A stretch of DNA of 63,860 nt, filler included, from Octopus bimaculoides (taxonomy: Eukaryota): NCBI RefSeq assembly GCF_001194135.2. It is 4 parts of 3 records of this genome, joined end to end, with 100 filler letters (N's around TTAATTAATTAA, not from the genome) between each part and the next. Parts side by side here need not be neighbours in the genome. Positions count along the whole stretch, not along the records: positions 27,144 to 53,264 come from NC_068981.1; 3 more parts are not named here. One strand, written 5' to 3'. The notes beneath the pieces are model-generated. The model saw only the letters and a program-made list of their open reading frames with translations. It was not told where the DNA came from and made no database searches. The stretch's first letter is position 1. Each line of letters begins with the position of its first letter. This document shows positions 38,077-52,329 of the stretch, one piece after another. A program made the translations under genes and the position numbers.

Positions 38077-38511
38077 ATACATACACACACATGCACATAC
38101 ACACACATGCACATACACACACACACAAAACATGTTTATTGCAATGAATATCAACAATAAGAAGTGAAACTGGTTTGTTATTATGTATTATGTACTTTAG
38201 AATATTTAATTATATATTTTTATAATCATGTGCTTTGGAGTGTTAATAAAGTATTTTGAAATGATTTGATTATTGGAATGTATTTTATATATAAGATATT
38301 TTGGAATATGTAATAACATATTTTGAAATAATTTGATTGTGATAATCTGTTTTTGAATTGATATTGTATTTTGAAATGACTTGATTGTAATAATGTACTT
38401 TTGAATTCACTGCAATATAAAAGGAACAGAACAGTTTCTTCTTTTTATCAATATTTTGCTAAATCTGATTACTTGTGTGATATATTATATATATAACTAT
38501 ATCTATATATA

Positions 38512-39065
38512 TTGGGTGATCCCCTAAGTAATACGGTTTTCTCAATTGCATGAACTAAAAGTTTGAGGGAGATGAGATAAACTACCTGCATTAATTTGCT
38601 GTAAAAGCAGGTAGTAATTTTCCCTTTTTTACTTATTCTTAGTGCAAGTTTTGAAGAGTGCAGTTCGATTTTAACAGTTATTTTTTCAAAGCTATAATGG
38701 AAGTGACAAAGGAGTATATTCAGCATATTTTGCTTTCTGAGTTCAATAAAGGCAACAATGCAATGGAAGGTGCAAGGAATATTAATGCAGTATATGGGGA
38801 TCGGACAATAAGCATAAGCCAGAGTCAATGGTGGTTCCGGAAATTCTGAGCCAGAAACTACAGCCTAGAAGATGAGCTTTGTCCTGGAAGAACTGCAGAG
38901 CATGACAAGGATGTCCAGCAAACTTTGAGGGAACAAAATCCCATTGTAACTGTTGAGGAATTAGCAGAGAAGTTTGGATTTAGTCATTCAACCATTCATC
39001 GACACCTGTGTGCCATTGGAAAAGTCAGCAAATTGGGTTAATAGGTTCCTCACAAACTTTCTGAG
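38512..39065 (+). mobile_element. Mariner transposon, 5' half (TIR + N-terminal transposase), pseudogenised
   Basis: TA|TTGGGTGATCCCCTAAGTAAT TIR-like end. From 38697: MEVTKEYIQHILLSEFNKGNNA..INAVYGD..WFRKF..TVEELAEKFG.SHSTIHRHL..IGKVSKLG..VPHKL. Confidence 0.85.
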
Positions 39066-39124
39066 TCTAGGAACACAGAAAGAAACAAGGAGAGAAAAAA
39101 AATGTGTGTAGTGGTCAGCGATAC

Positions 39125-39560
39125 ATCATCATCATCGTTTAACGTCTGCTTTCCATGCTAGCATGGGTTGGACGATTTAATTGAGGACTGGTGAATCAGA
39201 TGGCTACACCAGGCTCCAATCTGATTTAGCAGAGTTTCTACAGCTGGATGCCCTTCCTAATACCAACCACTCCAAAAGTGTAGTGGGTGCTTTTTATGTG
39301 CCATCGGCATGAGGGCCAGTCCGGCGGTACTGGCAATGGCCCCGCTCAAATGGTGTTTTTTATGTGCCACCTGCACAGGAGTCAGTCCAATGTTTTGTTC
39401 ACATGCCATCGGCACAAGTGCCAGTAAGGTGAAGTTGGAAACGATCGCACTCAAATGGTGCTTTTTACATGCCACCTGCACGGAAGCCAGACTGTTGCTC
39501 TGGCAGTGATCCCGCTTGGATGGTGCTGTTAGTATTCCACTGGCACGGGTGCCAGTCATC
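39125..39560 (-). mobile_element. Family B long 3' UTR copy
   Basis: Homologous to 40420-40850. Confidence 0.8.
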
Positions 39561-40110
39561 AGATTTGTCCATGGGTGGGGATGGGGGTGGGGGTAAATGT
39601 CCTAGACTCGTCTGAATATTATTAACAACAATAAGGTGGACCATATACAGCCAGCTAGTTTCCAACAAGTTGTATTCTAGTATTCTACTATCACCGTTAG
39701 ATGAAAGAGAAAGAACAGTGTTTGCTATGATAGGAAGCACTTTAAGATCAGGGATAGTAATGCAATATTTTGTATGAGTTAGTGTCTGTACATTGTCTGC
39801 ATTGATGCATGATGTTTGTAATACTGAAGTGCAAAGTTACAGACTGAATGGTCATGAGTTCAAATCTTATATATATTAATCATATTGTGTCCTAGGAATC
39901 GGTACATAATTCTGTCATCCTCAGTATACATGACTGAAGAAAAACTATATTTCTATTTCACAGTTGGTTGGTTTTCAGTATGAAAGACATCCAAGTGTAA
40001 AAATAATTGCTCTTTCAATATGTAAATGTGTAAATCAGCAGAAAGCATTGTATCTATATTGCCATCAAAAATTGTATGTGATGCAGCAATTATATATAAA
40101 ATAAAAGTAA

Positions 40111-40205
<95 letters not shown>

Positions 40206-40419
40206 TTATCAGAATATGTATGAGGTTGTTTCAATTTTACATACATGGAAAAAGAACTCAATACATGAAGCAGAGAATATATATAATCTTTTATTAACTC
40301 TGAAACAGTACTGGAGTCACTCAGTGGCCGAGGATTTTAGGCTAAGATACTAATCAAACTGGTGATCAGAAATGGATAATAAAAGATAATGAGCTTGTCA
40401 GTTCCTTGCTATGTCATCA

Positions 40420-41205
40420 TCAACATTTATCGTCCGCTTTCCATGCTAGCATGGGTTGGATGATTTGACTGTGGACTGGCGAACCAGATGGTTACACCAG
40501 ACTTCAATCTGATCTGGCAGAGTTTCTACAGCTGGATGCCCTTCTTAATGCCAACCACTCCAAGAGTGTAGTGGGTGATTTTTACATGCCACCGGCATGA
40601 GGGCCAGTTCAGTGGTACTGGCAACAACCATGCTCAAATGGTGTTTTTTTCATGTGCCACCTGCACAGGAGTCAGTCCAATGTTTTGTTCACATGCCACT
40701 GGCACAAGTGCCAGTAAGGTGAAGCTGGAAACGATCATGCTCAAATGGTACTATTTACGTGCCACTGGCACGGAAGCCAGACAACTACTCTTGCAATGAT
40801 CACACTCAGACGGTACTCTTAGTGCTCCACTGGCACAGGTGCCAGTCATCGAATTTGGTTCAATCACAAATTCGATTTCACTTGCCCCAACAGGTCTTTG
40901 CAAACCGAGTTTAGTGTCCAATGAAGGAGAGGTTGGCATGGATGCCAGTCGTCAAATTTGGTTCGATTTCGATTTCACTTGCCTCAACAGGTCTTCGCAA
41001 GCAGAGTTTAGTGTCCAATGAAGGAAAGGTACGCATAAGTGGGCTGGCTACACCCCTGGCAGAGGCCTCGGATTATGGTCTCACTTGGCTTGCCAAGTCT
41101 TCTCATGCACTGCATATTTCCAAGGTCTTGGTCATAAGTCATTGCCTCGGTGAGGCCTAATGTTTGAAGGTCGTGCTTCACCACCTCATCCCAGGTCTTC
41201 CTGGT
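40420..41205 (-). mobile_element. RTE(-X)-like LINE C-terminus and 3' UTR
   Basis: Reverse translation RKTWDEVVKHDLQTLGLTEAMT (RTE C-terminal motif), followed by the repeat-containing UTR and family B tail. Confidence 0.85.
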
Positions 41206-41376
41206 ATATATATATATATATATAAATATATATATATAGGTGAGAAAGTTGGTATGTGAAAGCACGTTGTTGGATGTATAAAAGATAAACAAGAGCGAAA
41301 AAACTACAGAAGGCTTGTGTTATATGGTTAAAATATATATTTATATCGTTATGTTAGAAGTATATATATATCGTTA

Positions 41377-41430
<54 letters not shown>

Positions 41431-42433
41431 TACATGCACACACACACACATATCTGTATATACTTATATTTATATACTTATATATAGATATGTATGCATT
41501 AAAAGGATTGCTCAGTACTTTGAAATATTTTGAAATACTCTGTTACTTCTGCTAAAATATTAATAAAAATATATGTATGTATGTATGTATGTATACTTCA
41601 GTTTTGCCATAGAAGACAAATAACTGCCCTCCCACCAACTCACAAATTAAACTTTATTCTGAAATAAATCCAAAGAGCTGTCATTTTGTGTTTAAGACTA
41701 ACAGAAACTAACAAGAGACATTGGATAGTCATAAAAGGCTGTTATGTTTATGCCATTTCATTGAAAAAGAAGGATCTAATTAGCAGCCACTCACACAACT
41801 GCTAACTAACCACCATGAAATTTCATTTAAAGCCTTTATTAGACGCCTTATTAAACCAGGCACGTTGATTTAAATGTTTAATGCAGTTTTGACAGTTGGT
41901 TCAATTAAATAAATTATTGATGTGTTAGTGGATTTTATTTTTCATATCAAGGTTTACTCTGAGGGTTAAATCCATAGATTTTTAACTGTTGCTATATGTG
42001 TAAACTAATTAAAATTAATTACATACATTTGAACAGTCGTAAACAGTTGCTGTGTTGATACAATTTCATCATGGTCAGTAGTTTGCATACACGCAGTGAC
42101 CAAAATCCATGGATTTATGCCATAGCAAAATCTAGTATAGAAATATAACTTGCTAACAACTCAGCAATATAATGTATTATGCAAGAAATTACACACACAC
42201 ACACATACACTCACACACACACACACTCACACACTCACACATACACAATGCTATTCAGCTTCATAAGTTACATTACATTCCATAACAAATGCCTGGAAAG
42301 AAAATTCATGTTATTACACTGATAACCCAATATTACTGGTGTGTAGACTCTTAACGGTCTCAGTCTTCGGATAAATAACATATGATAAGAGAATTAAATG
42401 TGAAATGATTTACTTTCAGAGTATCTTTACCAT

Positions 42434-42770
42434 GGAGGCACATGGCTCAGTGGTTAGAGCGTCAGGCTCACAATTGTGAGGTAGTGAGTTCAATTCCCGG
42501 ACTGGGCTGTGTGTTGTGTTCTTGAACAAGACGCTTCATTTCACGCTGTTCCAGTTCATTCAACTGTAGAGATGAGTTGTGACATCACTGGTGCCAAGCT
42601 GTATCAACCTTTGTCTTTCCCTTGGATAACATCGGTGGTATGGAGAAGGGTGGCTGGTATGCATGGGCAACTGTTGGTCTTCCATAAACAACCTTGCCCA
42701 GACTTGTTCCTCAGAGGGTAACTTTCTAGGTGCAATCCCATGGTCATTCATGACCGGAGGGGTCTTAGCC
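42434..42770 (+). mobile_element. tRNA-derived SINE, family D
   Basis: tggctcagtgg A-box, gagttcaattcc B-box, gttgtgttcttgaacaagac central motif. Confidence 0.75.
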
Positions 42771-43573
42771 CTTTATATTTACACGTGTGTCAGTGATGTC
42801 TACATAATGGTTACATTAAATAAATTTCATGTAATTTTTTTGTAAAAATGTAATTAGGAAATAAATCATTCTACACTTTATTCTCCTGTTTTGTTTATAT
42901 GTGTGTTTTTGTGTATGTATTATGTATGTGTGTATTTTGTATAAGTGTGTGTGTGTGTATGGGTGACACGTAAAAGCACCCACTACACTCTCTGAGTGGT
43001 TGGCGTTAGGAAGGGCATCCAGCTGTAGAAACTCTGCCAAATTAGATTGAAGCCTGGTGTTGCCATCCGGTTTCACCACTCCTCAGTCAAATCGTCCAAC
43101 CCATGCTAGCATGGAAAGCGGACGTTAAACGACGATGATGATGATGATGATGATGATGATGATATATATATATACATATATATATATATACTCTTTTACT
43201 CTTTTTAGTCATTGACTGCGGCCATGCTGGAGCACCGCCTTTAGTGGAGCCAATCGATCCCAGGACTTATTCTTTTGTAAGCCTAGTACTTATTGTATCA
43301 GTCACTTTTGCCGAACCGCTAAGTTACGGGGATGTAAACACACCACCATCGGTTGTCAAGCAATGGTGGGGGGACAAACACAGAAACACAAACATATACA
43401 TACACATACATATATATAAATACATATATATGATGGACTTCCTTCAGTTTCCGTCTACCATATCCACTCACAAGGCATTGGTTGGCCCAAGGTGCCACAC
43501 AGTGGGAATGAACCCGGAACCATGTGGTCGGTAAGCAAGCAACTTACCACACAGCCACTCCTATATATATGTA

Positions 43574-43614
<41 letters not shown>

Positions 43615-44013
43615 TCTTTTACTCTTTTACTTGTTTCAGTCATTTGACTGTGGCCATGCTGGAGCACCACCTTTAGTCGAGCAAATCGACCCCAGGACTT
43701 ATTCTTTGTAAGCCTAGTACTTATTCTATCGTCTCTTTTGCCGAACCGCTAAGTTACGGGGACGTAAACACACCAGAATCGGTTGTCAAGCGATGTTGGG
43801 GGGACAAACACAGACACGCAAACATATACACACACATACATATATACACATATATACGACGGACTTCTTTCAGTTTCCGTCTACCAAATCCACTCACAAG
43901 GCTTTGGTCGGCCCGAGGCTATAGTAGAAGACACTTGCCCAAGGTGCCACGTAGTGGGACTGAACCCGGAACCATGTGGTTGGTAAGCAAGCTACTTACC
44001 ACACAGCCACTCC

Positions 44014-44050
<37 letters not shown>

Positions 44051-44579
44051 TAATCATCATCATCATCATTTAACATCTGTTGACCATGCTGGCATGGGTT
44101 GGATGGTTTGATCCAGGCTGGTAAGCTGGAAGGCTGCACCAGACTCCAGTCTGATTCAGCATGGTTTTCTATAGCTGGATGCCCTTCCTAATGCCAACCA
44201 CTCAGAGTGTAATGAGTGCTTATACATGCCACTTGTACAGGTGCTATTTGCGTGACACCAGGGTGTGTTTATGTGCCAATTTGTATGCCACCGGTATCTG
44301 CCACGACTGTGATTTTGCTTGGCTTGATGGGTCTTCTTCTAAAGCACGACATAATGTCAAAGGTCTTGGTCATTTGAGAATGGCCAGTACTGCCTGACTG
44401 GCCCTCGTGCTGGTGGCACATAAAAGCACCCACTACACTCTTAGAGTTGTTGGCGTTAGGAAGGGCATCCAACTGTAGAAACTCTGCCAGATCAGATTGG
44501 AGCCTGGTGCAGCCATCTGGTTTGCCAGTCCTCAGTCAGATCGTCCAACCCATGCCAACATGGAAAACGGATGTTAAAC

Positions 44580-44612
<33 letters not shown>

Positions 44613-44629
44613 AATATTATGTATGTGTG

Positions 44630-44661
<32 letters not shown>

Positions 44662-44899
44662 GGCATATGTATGTATGTCTGTGTATGTGTGTGGGTGTAG
44701 ATATATGTTTATATAGAGATATATATTTAAAAAACTCACCTTATATAGCCTTATATAGTAGCATGGAAGAACATAAAATAGAGATTTTTAGTTTAGCATC
44801 TTACAGCAGTCGTTGGTGAAGGTCTCATTTTGAGTGGCTGTTTCAAGTTCTTGATTTTTAAAGAATTTGAATAGTGACTAAGTGTATTATAGTTATGGT

Positions 44900-47300
44900 G
44901 AATGTGAAATGTTGAATGGTTGTTTTGTTTTAGTCACATGAGGTTTTAAAATTTGTCTTTAGTCGTAGGTGGATGTATAATGATGAATAGTTGTTTAAGA
45001 CATTTGAATAATGATTAAATGCCTTAAGTCATTGGGGAATGTACTTTTTTTTGAAATGGTATCATAGTTTGTTATACTTTGTTGCCTTTTAAAATAAATA
45101 TATCTTCTTTATCCAGGTTTGGTTGGCAGTTTTGTCAGAACATAGATATAATAAGAAGACTTGATATTTTGGGAATTTATTGCACATTAGCCCAAATGCT
45201 CATCTACAAGTATTTGTCTGTTCATGAGATCCTGTATTTGTTGATGATGAACTGTGAATATATTTCTCATAAGGGAAATGATTTTTTATGATAAAATTTT
45301 TTCCTAATTTTTCTTAAATTAAACTCCTACAATATGTCTTAAGGTTAATGCAGACTCTGCATTTGGGATGACCATTCTTTTTTGCAGTTAGGATTGTATG
45401 GTTAATGAGTAATTTTGTGCTGGTAATAACTGTTTCCAAGAATTTTGTTTGACTTTTGCTTTTGATTGGCTAGCATCAAACTTCACATTTTGAGTTCAAA
45501 TCCTGCTGAGGCCAACTTTACTTTTTACCCTTTCAAGAGAGATAAAATAAAACACCAGTCAAAAATTGGGGTCGATGTGATTGATTAACTCTTCTTCTAA
45601 ATATTGCTCTCTTTGTGCCCAAATCAGAAACCATTATTTTGTGTGTTTTGAGTTCTGTTTTGATTTTTGGATTCTAACTCAATGACAGAATATTCTGAAG
45701 GATGATGTTGCATGTTTCTGTATTTCATGGCTTGCATGTTTATAAACTAAAATATCAGAAGCATCTTTTGTTCTCATCATTTCTGAATGCCTATTGTTTT
45801 GACATTACTGTGTACAGTCTTTCAAGTAGCATTCTCTTTAATTCTTGAAATTTTTTTTATTCTGAGCCTAAAAATTAGAAACTATTTCACAGCATTTTCT
45901 TGCCAGATTAAATGGTGTATTTATTTTTGTAAGTTTTTGGATGGCATGGATTAAATATCAAGTATTGCTTTTAAATCTGTTGCTTTGAAGTGGCTGTCAT
46001 TTTTGAAGTTTATATGTATTGCAATGATTAAATGACAAGAAAGGGAAGCTGTTTTTGATTGCATTCCATTCTGAAATTAATATCATCTGGCCTATTAATC
46101 TGAGTTTTGAATTTACTGAGTTGGTTGAAATTGTGTATGCATGTATCCACAGAATAAAACAATCATCCAAAGTCCATTTACAATTGTCAAATAAATATTT
46201 ATGGAAATTGATGCTGGACCTTATTATAGATTGTTTGTATATTGGATTTATGAGTATGTCATGACTAGATTAGCATAAGTTGGGGCAACTCTTGTTCCTA
46301 TTGCAGTACCAAATACTTGCAAGCAAATATTGGTACTGAATAATTATTTAGTAGAATGAATTTCATTCCTTTAACAATTAATTTTTCCCTTTTCAAGAAT
46401 TCCATATGGAAAGTTTTCAAGCTCATTCATATAGAATTGTAGTATAGAAGCTTCCCACATCAAATTATTTCTTTGTTTAACATTTTTCAGAAGCTGGATT
46501 AACAGCTCTAAGTCATTTCTTATGAAACTTGGCATATGTTGTAGAATAAGTTCCAATAAAATATTTAGAAAGTTACTGAGTCTGTGTCTTTCACAGATTG
46601 GCTCACTACAGCTGGCCCAAATTTTAGGTGATAGCATTTAGTGTGTTAATGCATCCTTAAGGTGATTTGTTTTATAGGCAATCATTCTTGTGGATTCTTG
46701 AAAATCTGTAGAAGTTACTGGTTTTGCATTCAAAGTTCATTATATAGTCACATTCTTTGTTTGGTAAATCTTTTCAGAGTCAGTGAATTAAGGGGTCGAA
46801 TTTCATGAATTTTGATGATTGGAAATTGTTTATCTTTTCATAAAAAAATGATATCTTGTAGTAGAGATAATATGGTATTTTTGTAGAGTCCAATAACCAT
46901 AATTATTTCAGAACGTCTCTTATCTGCATTTTCAATCACAGTATTGTTGTTGTTTTTAAGTATACAGAAAATTTCCTGTTCCTTTTGACTGATGTTTGAT
47001 TAAAATGTTGGATGTGATATTTCATCATACAGAAAAGTTGTTGCAGAATCACAACATTTTGTAATGCTTTGTTTCAACCTCTTGCTGGTGAGTAATTACT
47101 TCTTTTATTACATAGGATTTATCACCCTTTTCTTAGTTGAATAGTTCTGTAGGACATAATTTTCTACAAATATTCTTCCTTTTCTTTCTTTTAAATTAGT
47201 GCTTTGTGATGATGGAGTGAAATCTTGTCCTTTTGAGAGAAATTGAATCCGGTTTTTTGAAAGAATTATGATTAATAGATTGATTATCTTCGGTATCTCA
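44900..47300 (-). mobile_element. Large decayed Penelope-like element (RT + GIY-YIG)
   Basis: Reverse: ICERHRLSNFLNILL..HMPSFIRNDL (46500-46600), QVFGTAIGTRVAPTYANLVM (46261-46316), TVHHQQIQD..EHL (~45200-45265). Many stops; boundaries approximate. Confidence 0.75.
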
Positions 47301-48049
47301 TGATTAGTCTGCACTATTGAGTATCACAAAATCTGTTAGATAGGTCTAAAATTGATCTTTTAAGTGCAACATTGTATTGGTTTTTCTGTGATTATCAATA
47401 TTTCCTGTGCTTTTATCTACTTTTACCACAATTATTCTGTCCGGTTCTTGCGTACAGAAAATGGTTCACTTGTCTGAAATTGTTTTTTTGGATTATAATT
47501 TCTGTCCTTCCAGTAGGTTGGTAACCCCAATTCTGGGAGGGAAATCTGTTTTGTTGAAAAGGGATTTTGGTTTCTTCTAGTGGACTTGTTTCATTGACTA
47601 AAGATTTTGGAATCAATGTTATTGTTTTACAATAAAAACCTACAAACATTGTACACAACTGGCAAAACAAAGTACCTTCTTTCTCCTTTTTTCATCTGTT
47701 CCCTGGCCTCTTCAATGCAGCATCAACAAGTGTCAGCAGGCGACTGAACATCCTGCCAAATTTCCCTTTAAATATTTGCTGGTAGGCTCTAGCAGTCAGC
47801 ACCAGCTAGTTGTCACGTGACACTGTCTAAACTTCAACTGACCAATGGAGGGGAAGGGAGCGTAATCTCAGCCAGCACCCTCTCTAAACCTGTCTTCCAA
47901 CAGTGTCATATTAGTTTCAGTTCCAGCAGCCAGAGCTGACCAACTGTTTGGTGGTACAAGCCGTTGAACCAGGAGGTGAGAGTACCATGAAGGAGACCGC
48001 TACCTGTCAATCAGCAATGCTGCTTAAGTGTCAGCCAGTCTCACCTGGT

Positions 48050-49345
48050 GACGCTATTTCCCAGTCGGAATGTTATGGCTTTCAAGCCATTTTTGGTCTT
48101 CTCACTTCAGTCATTTATCAAAGCTGGCTTTTTTGACAGCCTCCTGTATCCTCCTTATTACTTTTCTCGACTCTGAGCTCGAAAATGCAAACCTTCTTTT
48201 GAATAACGTTGTCATTTTCCTTTCAATGAAGCCTCTTGCCCCCACTGCCAGGTGGTAATACTTGATAATCCATCCCTGTTCTCTGCACTCTTTGATTAAT
48301 TTCTCGCACCTCTCCTTCCATTGCTCTGTATTAGCGACGGTCTCTTCTCATGGCACTGTCAGCTCTAGCAAAATTCCAATTCTCTGCTCTGTGTTCCATA
48401 GGATTAGGTCCGGTCTCTTTGTTGTTTTTATGAGTGGAAATATTAACAGTCTTTCCAAATCCGTGGTCAGCTCCCAGTATCCCTTCTATCTTTCGTCTGT
48501 CTCATATATTTTATTTGAAGGCCTGGCCTTATGTCCTTTTCCCTTCTTCTGGAAGTATATTTTTCTGTGCTTTTCCACTTTTAGGTACTCTCCCCTATTA
48601 TATCTGTTGATCTTCTCCTTGAGTGCTGCACTTATGACACCAAGGACTTGATTGTGATGCCATGTATATCTGTCTAGTGCTAGCCTACAGTTTGACAGAA
48701 CATGTTTCACCATCGTTTTCTCTCCGCATTTACATTCATCAGTTGTTTGTATGTTCCACCGGACTAAATTCGCCGGTGAGGGTAAAACGTTGAAGGTAGA
48801 CTTGATCAGGAAGGATGTCCTTACTTGTTCCCAAGCCCAAAGTTCCTTTCATGAGATTCTGCGACTGACTACATATTCCTCCCACCCCAGGCACTGTCCC
48901 TGTTGACTACATTGCACCAAATGTACATTTCACCTTTATTCTTCCTCCTTTCTCAATTCGTGTACCACTGCCCCTTTCGTCTCTTTTACACTGCTCTTGC
49001 AAAATGGCAAAATGGCCTGAAATTGTGCAACCCTAGACTGGCTCTTGCTTCTTGCGTCGCTCCGACTACATCGGCATGCCTTAGCTTTCTGATCACCGTC
49101 TTTACTGCCTCTTCCACATTCCATTTCCTCCCTGTTCGTACCTTTGGAGGGTTTTCTCGGGTGTTCTGATCTTTCAAATATCTTAGCATCATTACTATCC
49201 TTGCCTTTCCTGCCTTATATTCTTTGGCAATTGATGTTATTGGTAGTTGCAGCACGGGTTTTCCACATAGTGCAGTTGAATTCAGTGGTTTTGGAAGACA
49301 AAGCCATTTTCTGATAAACACACTGCATCTTTGTTCCATCCTTTT
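48050..49345 (-). mobile_element. HERO-like RLE non-LTR retrotransposon, 3' third
   Basis: IRKWLCLPKPLNSTAL..QLPITS..VRTGRKW, FLIKSTFNVLPSPANLVRW, KHVLSNC..RYTWHHNQVL, KRPDLILW..LELTVP (RLE PD motif), GARGF. Confidence 0.85.
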
Positions 49346-49346
49346 C

Positions 49347-50272
49347 TACTCACAGACATTATGTGATCACAAAAACACAAATTTCACAACTTGCAAAGTA
49401 AACACAGCAATGTCACGAGGCAGGCTGCCAATTTTGACATGGACAGGAGGTTGGAACAAAGAGCCAACATGAAATTTTGCATTAAACTTGGGAAGTCTGC
49501 TATGGAGACATTGAACATGCTTTAGCAAGCTTACGGTGATGAGGGAATGGGTTGTACGCAATGTGTCGAGTGGCATAAGGTGGTGAGCTGGCAGAAACGT
49601 TAGCACGCCAGGTGAAATGCTTAGTGGTATTTTGTCTGTCTGCACGTTCTGAGTTCAAATTCTGCTGAGGTTGACTTTGCCTTTCATCTTTTCGGGGTCG
49701 ATTAAATAAGTACCAGTTATGCACTGGGGTCGATATAATCGACTTAATCCCTTTGTCTGTGATACAAAGAATGTATCAAGTGGCATGGGGCCAGACAGTC
49801 AATCAAGAGATCTACTGCAATGTTTTGAAGTATATGAGGGAGGATGTTTAGCAAAAGAGACCAGATCTGTGGAACATGAAGAATTTGGATTCTTCAAGAA
49901 TACAATGCACCCTGTCACTGAGTTCTCCTCACTTGTGAATTTCTTATCAAAAGCAATATAGTATTGCTTCAGCACCTGCCATATTCACCAGATTTATCAC
50001 CTGCAGACTTCCATATCTTGCCCAAGATGAAAATGCAGCTCAAAGGTTGCTGTTTTAACACTGTTGTCAAAATCAAGAATGAATTACAGAAGGTCCTTGA
50101 CTCACTTACAGAAAAAAAACTTCCAGGCCAGATCTCAAAAGTAGCAGGAGTACTAGGACCAGTGTATTGCTGCACCAGGTGACTATTTTGAAGGAGATAT
50201 TGTTTAAACCTAGGTATATAAGCTATTTTTTATTAAACACAACTAATCTGGGAACTTTTTAATACCAGCTCA
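49347..50272 (+). mobile_element. Internally deleted mariner interrupted by a family C SINE
   Basis: MDRRLEQRANMKFCIKLGKSAMETL..AYGD..EWHK (49439-49580); SINE 49584-49760; then QKRPDLW..HLPYSPDLSPADF..KMKMQLKG..GDYFEGD. Confidence 0.85.
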
Positions 50273-51160
50273 TATGTATGTATAAATAAATAGAATACTT
50301 TTTATAATGTTTTTATTATCTAAAAAAAGATTCCTGCATTGATGGGTGAAATTATATATTGTTTCTTATGTATAGATTTCAGTAAAATGTTCTCATCTCG
50401 AACCAGACTGTCATGTAACTTTAAATGCATGTGACAGTCTTCACTATTTTTTGTCTGCTTCTCTTATATTCTTTAAGAATTCCAGTAAATTCTAACCCCA
50501 AATATTTAATATCGCAAATTATGGTATAACTATTTCCTTCTCTATGAATTGATCAATATAAATTCTTTCTTGACATTTGGTCACTACGGTTCCTTATTAC
50601 ATAATCTGTTTGTCATTCTTTCCATATAATCTGATATTACTGTTACGATTATTTGATCAACTTTCATAATCCAATACCAACCTCCACCTGACCTGACAGT
50701 CCCCTCACCCTGCTTCCAGCCATTTTCATCACTCTTGCTCCACACGCAATGTATAGTTGATTGCTTCGTTTTGGACAATGTCAGCTTGTTTGCTCACTCA
50801 TGCATTGGTTTATTGTCTCGTTATTGATAATCTTTCACAATTTATTGCAATTCCTAGTGTGGCATGTTTACTTGTTAATATTTGGTCATAGTGTTATGGA
50901 ACGGAGATTGGAACGACAGGAGTAATGTAACAAGAGAGTGAAGACAGCAGAAAAGTTCATTACTTCACCAAATTCCAGTGTAGTATCTAAACACAGCGGC
51001 TGCAACAGTAGGAACGACAAGAAGAAGAAGAAAAAGAATGGTGCTTAATACTGCGTTCAGATAACTTTAAAATCATATTATCAGTTGGTGTAACTAGGTA
51101 CACTCTCTCTCTCTCACACACACACATACACACACACACACAAACAGACGCACATATATA

Positions 51161-51372
51161 CAGGGTGGGCAAAAGAGGATACAGTGTTGTTCAATATTAG
51201 TGGTTTATAACAAAGTCCCCAGAAATCAAAAAAAGAGGGCTTCCAGTGAACTAGGCACTCCTGCAGACCCCTCAGTCAACTAATGAACAGTCTAGGTTTA
51301 CAAACAGAAATAGAGAAAGGCAAAAGAACATGCCACTTATATTAAGCAACTGTATATCTACTTTTGCCCACC

Positions 51373-51376
<4 letters not shown>
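51161..51376. mobile_element. Tc1/mariner-type MITE
   Basis: TA|CAGGGTGGGCAAAAG..ATACAG ... ctgtatatctacttttgcccacccctg, followed by (TG)n. Confidence 0.8.
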
Positions 51377-51443
<67 letters not shown>

Positions 51444-52329
51444 ATGTGTGTTTGCTGTGTGGTAAGTAGCAGAGAGACTGCCCTTTTGATGATTGCTTTC
51501 ATCAACTCCTGCTTAACTAGTTTGCTATTAGTCTCGCTGAAGGCCACCACATCATATCTTCACTGTCAATCTGGGGTGGGATATATACTCTTTTGCTGAA
51601 GTCATGTCATAAGATTTTCTGTTAGGGTTATAGAAGACAGAGTGTAGGGTGTTATTATCATTGTGGTTGTTGTCCAGCAGTAATTTGTCCAAGTGTTTGA
51701 GTGTGATGGCAAATCAGAAACTGGACTTTAATTTCTATGTCAACAGCCTGTGGTATCTCTCATCTGACCAAATTGACTCTGGTTTGCTTATCAATTCCTC
51801 AAATGCTGCTATCATATATCATTGGATACCAGTCGGATATCTCAGCCAGAAGTTGTGGACCTTGATTATCCTAGAAACTTTCTTATTTCTGTATTGCCCA
51901 CAAGGAGCTAAACATAGAGGGGACAAACAAGGACAGACAAAGGGACTAAGTCGATTAGATCGATCCCAGTGTGTAACTGGTACTTAATTTATCGACCCCA
52001 AAAGGATGAAAGGCAAAGTCGACTTCAGCGGAATTTGAACTCAGAATGTAAAGACAGACGAAATACCACTAAGCATTTTGTCCGTCGTGCTAATGTTTCT
52101 GCCAGCTCACTACCTTATCCTAGAAACTGCCTTATCCTAGAAACTTTCTTGTTGCTTGCAGTTCTGCTGATGGCTACAGTGGACCATGCTTGTACTGCTA
52201 TTAAATTTTCATATTTCTGCTTCCTTTCTGCTCCATTATATATATTTTTTTTATCATATTCAGTGATATTGTTCTATATTCGATCTCAGAAAGCTTAAGT
52301 TACAGTTGGTATTGGTTATGTTCCTTTTT

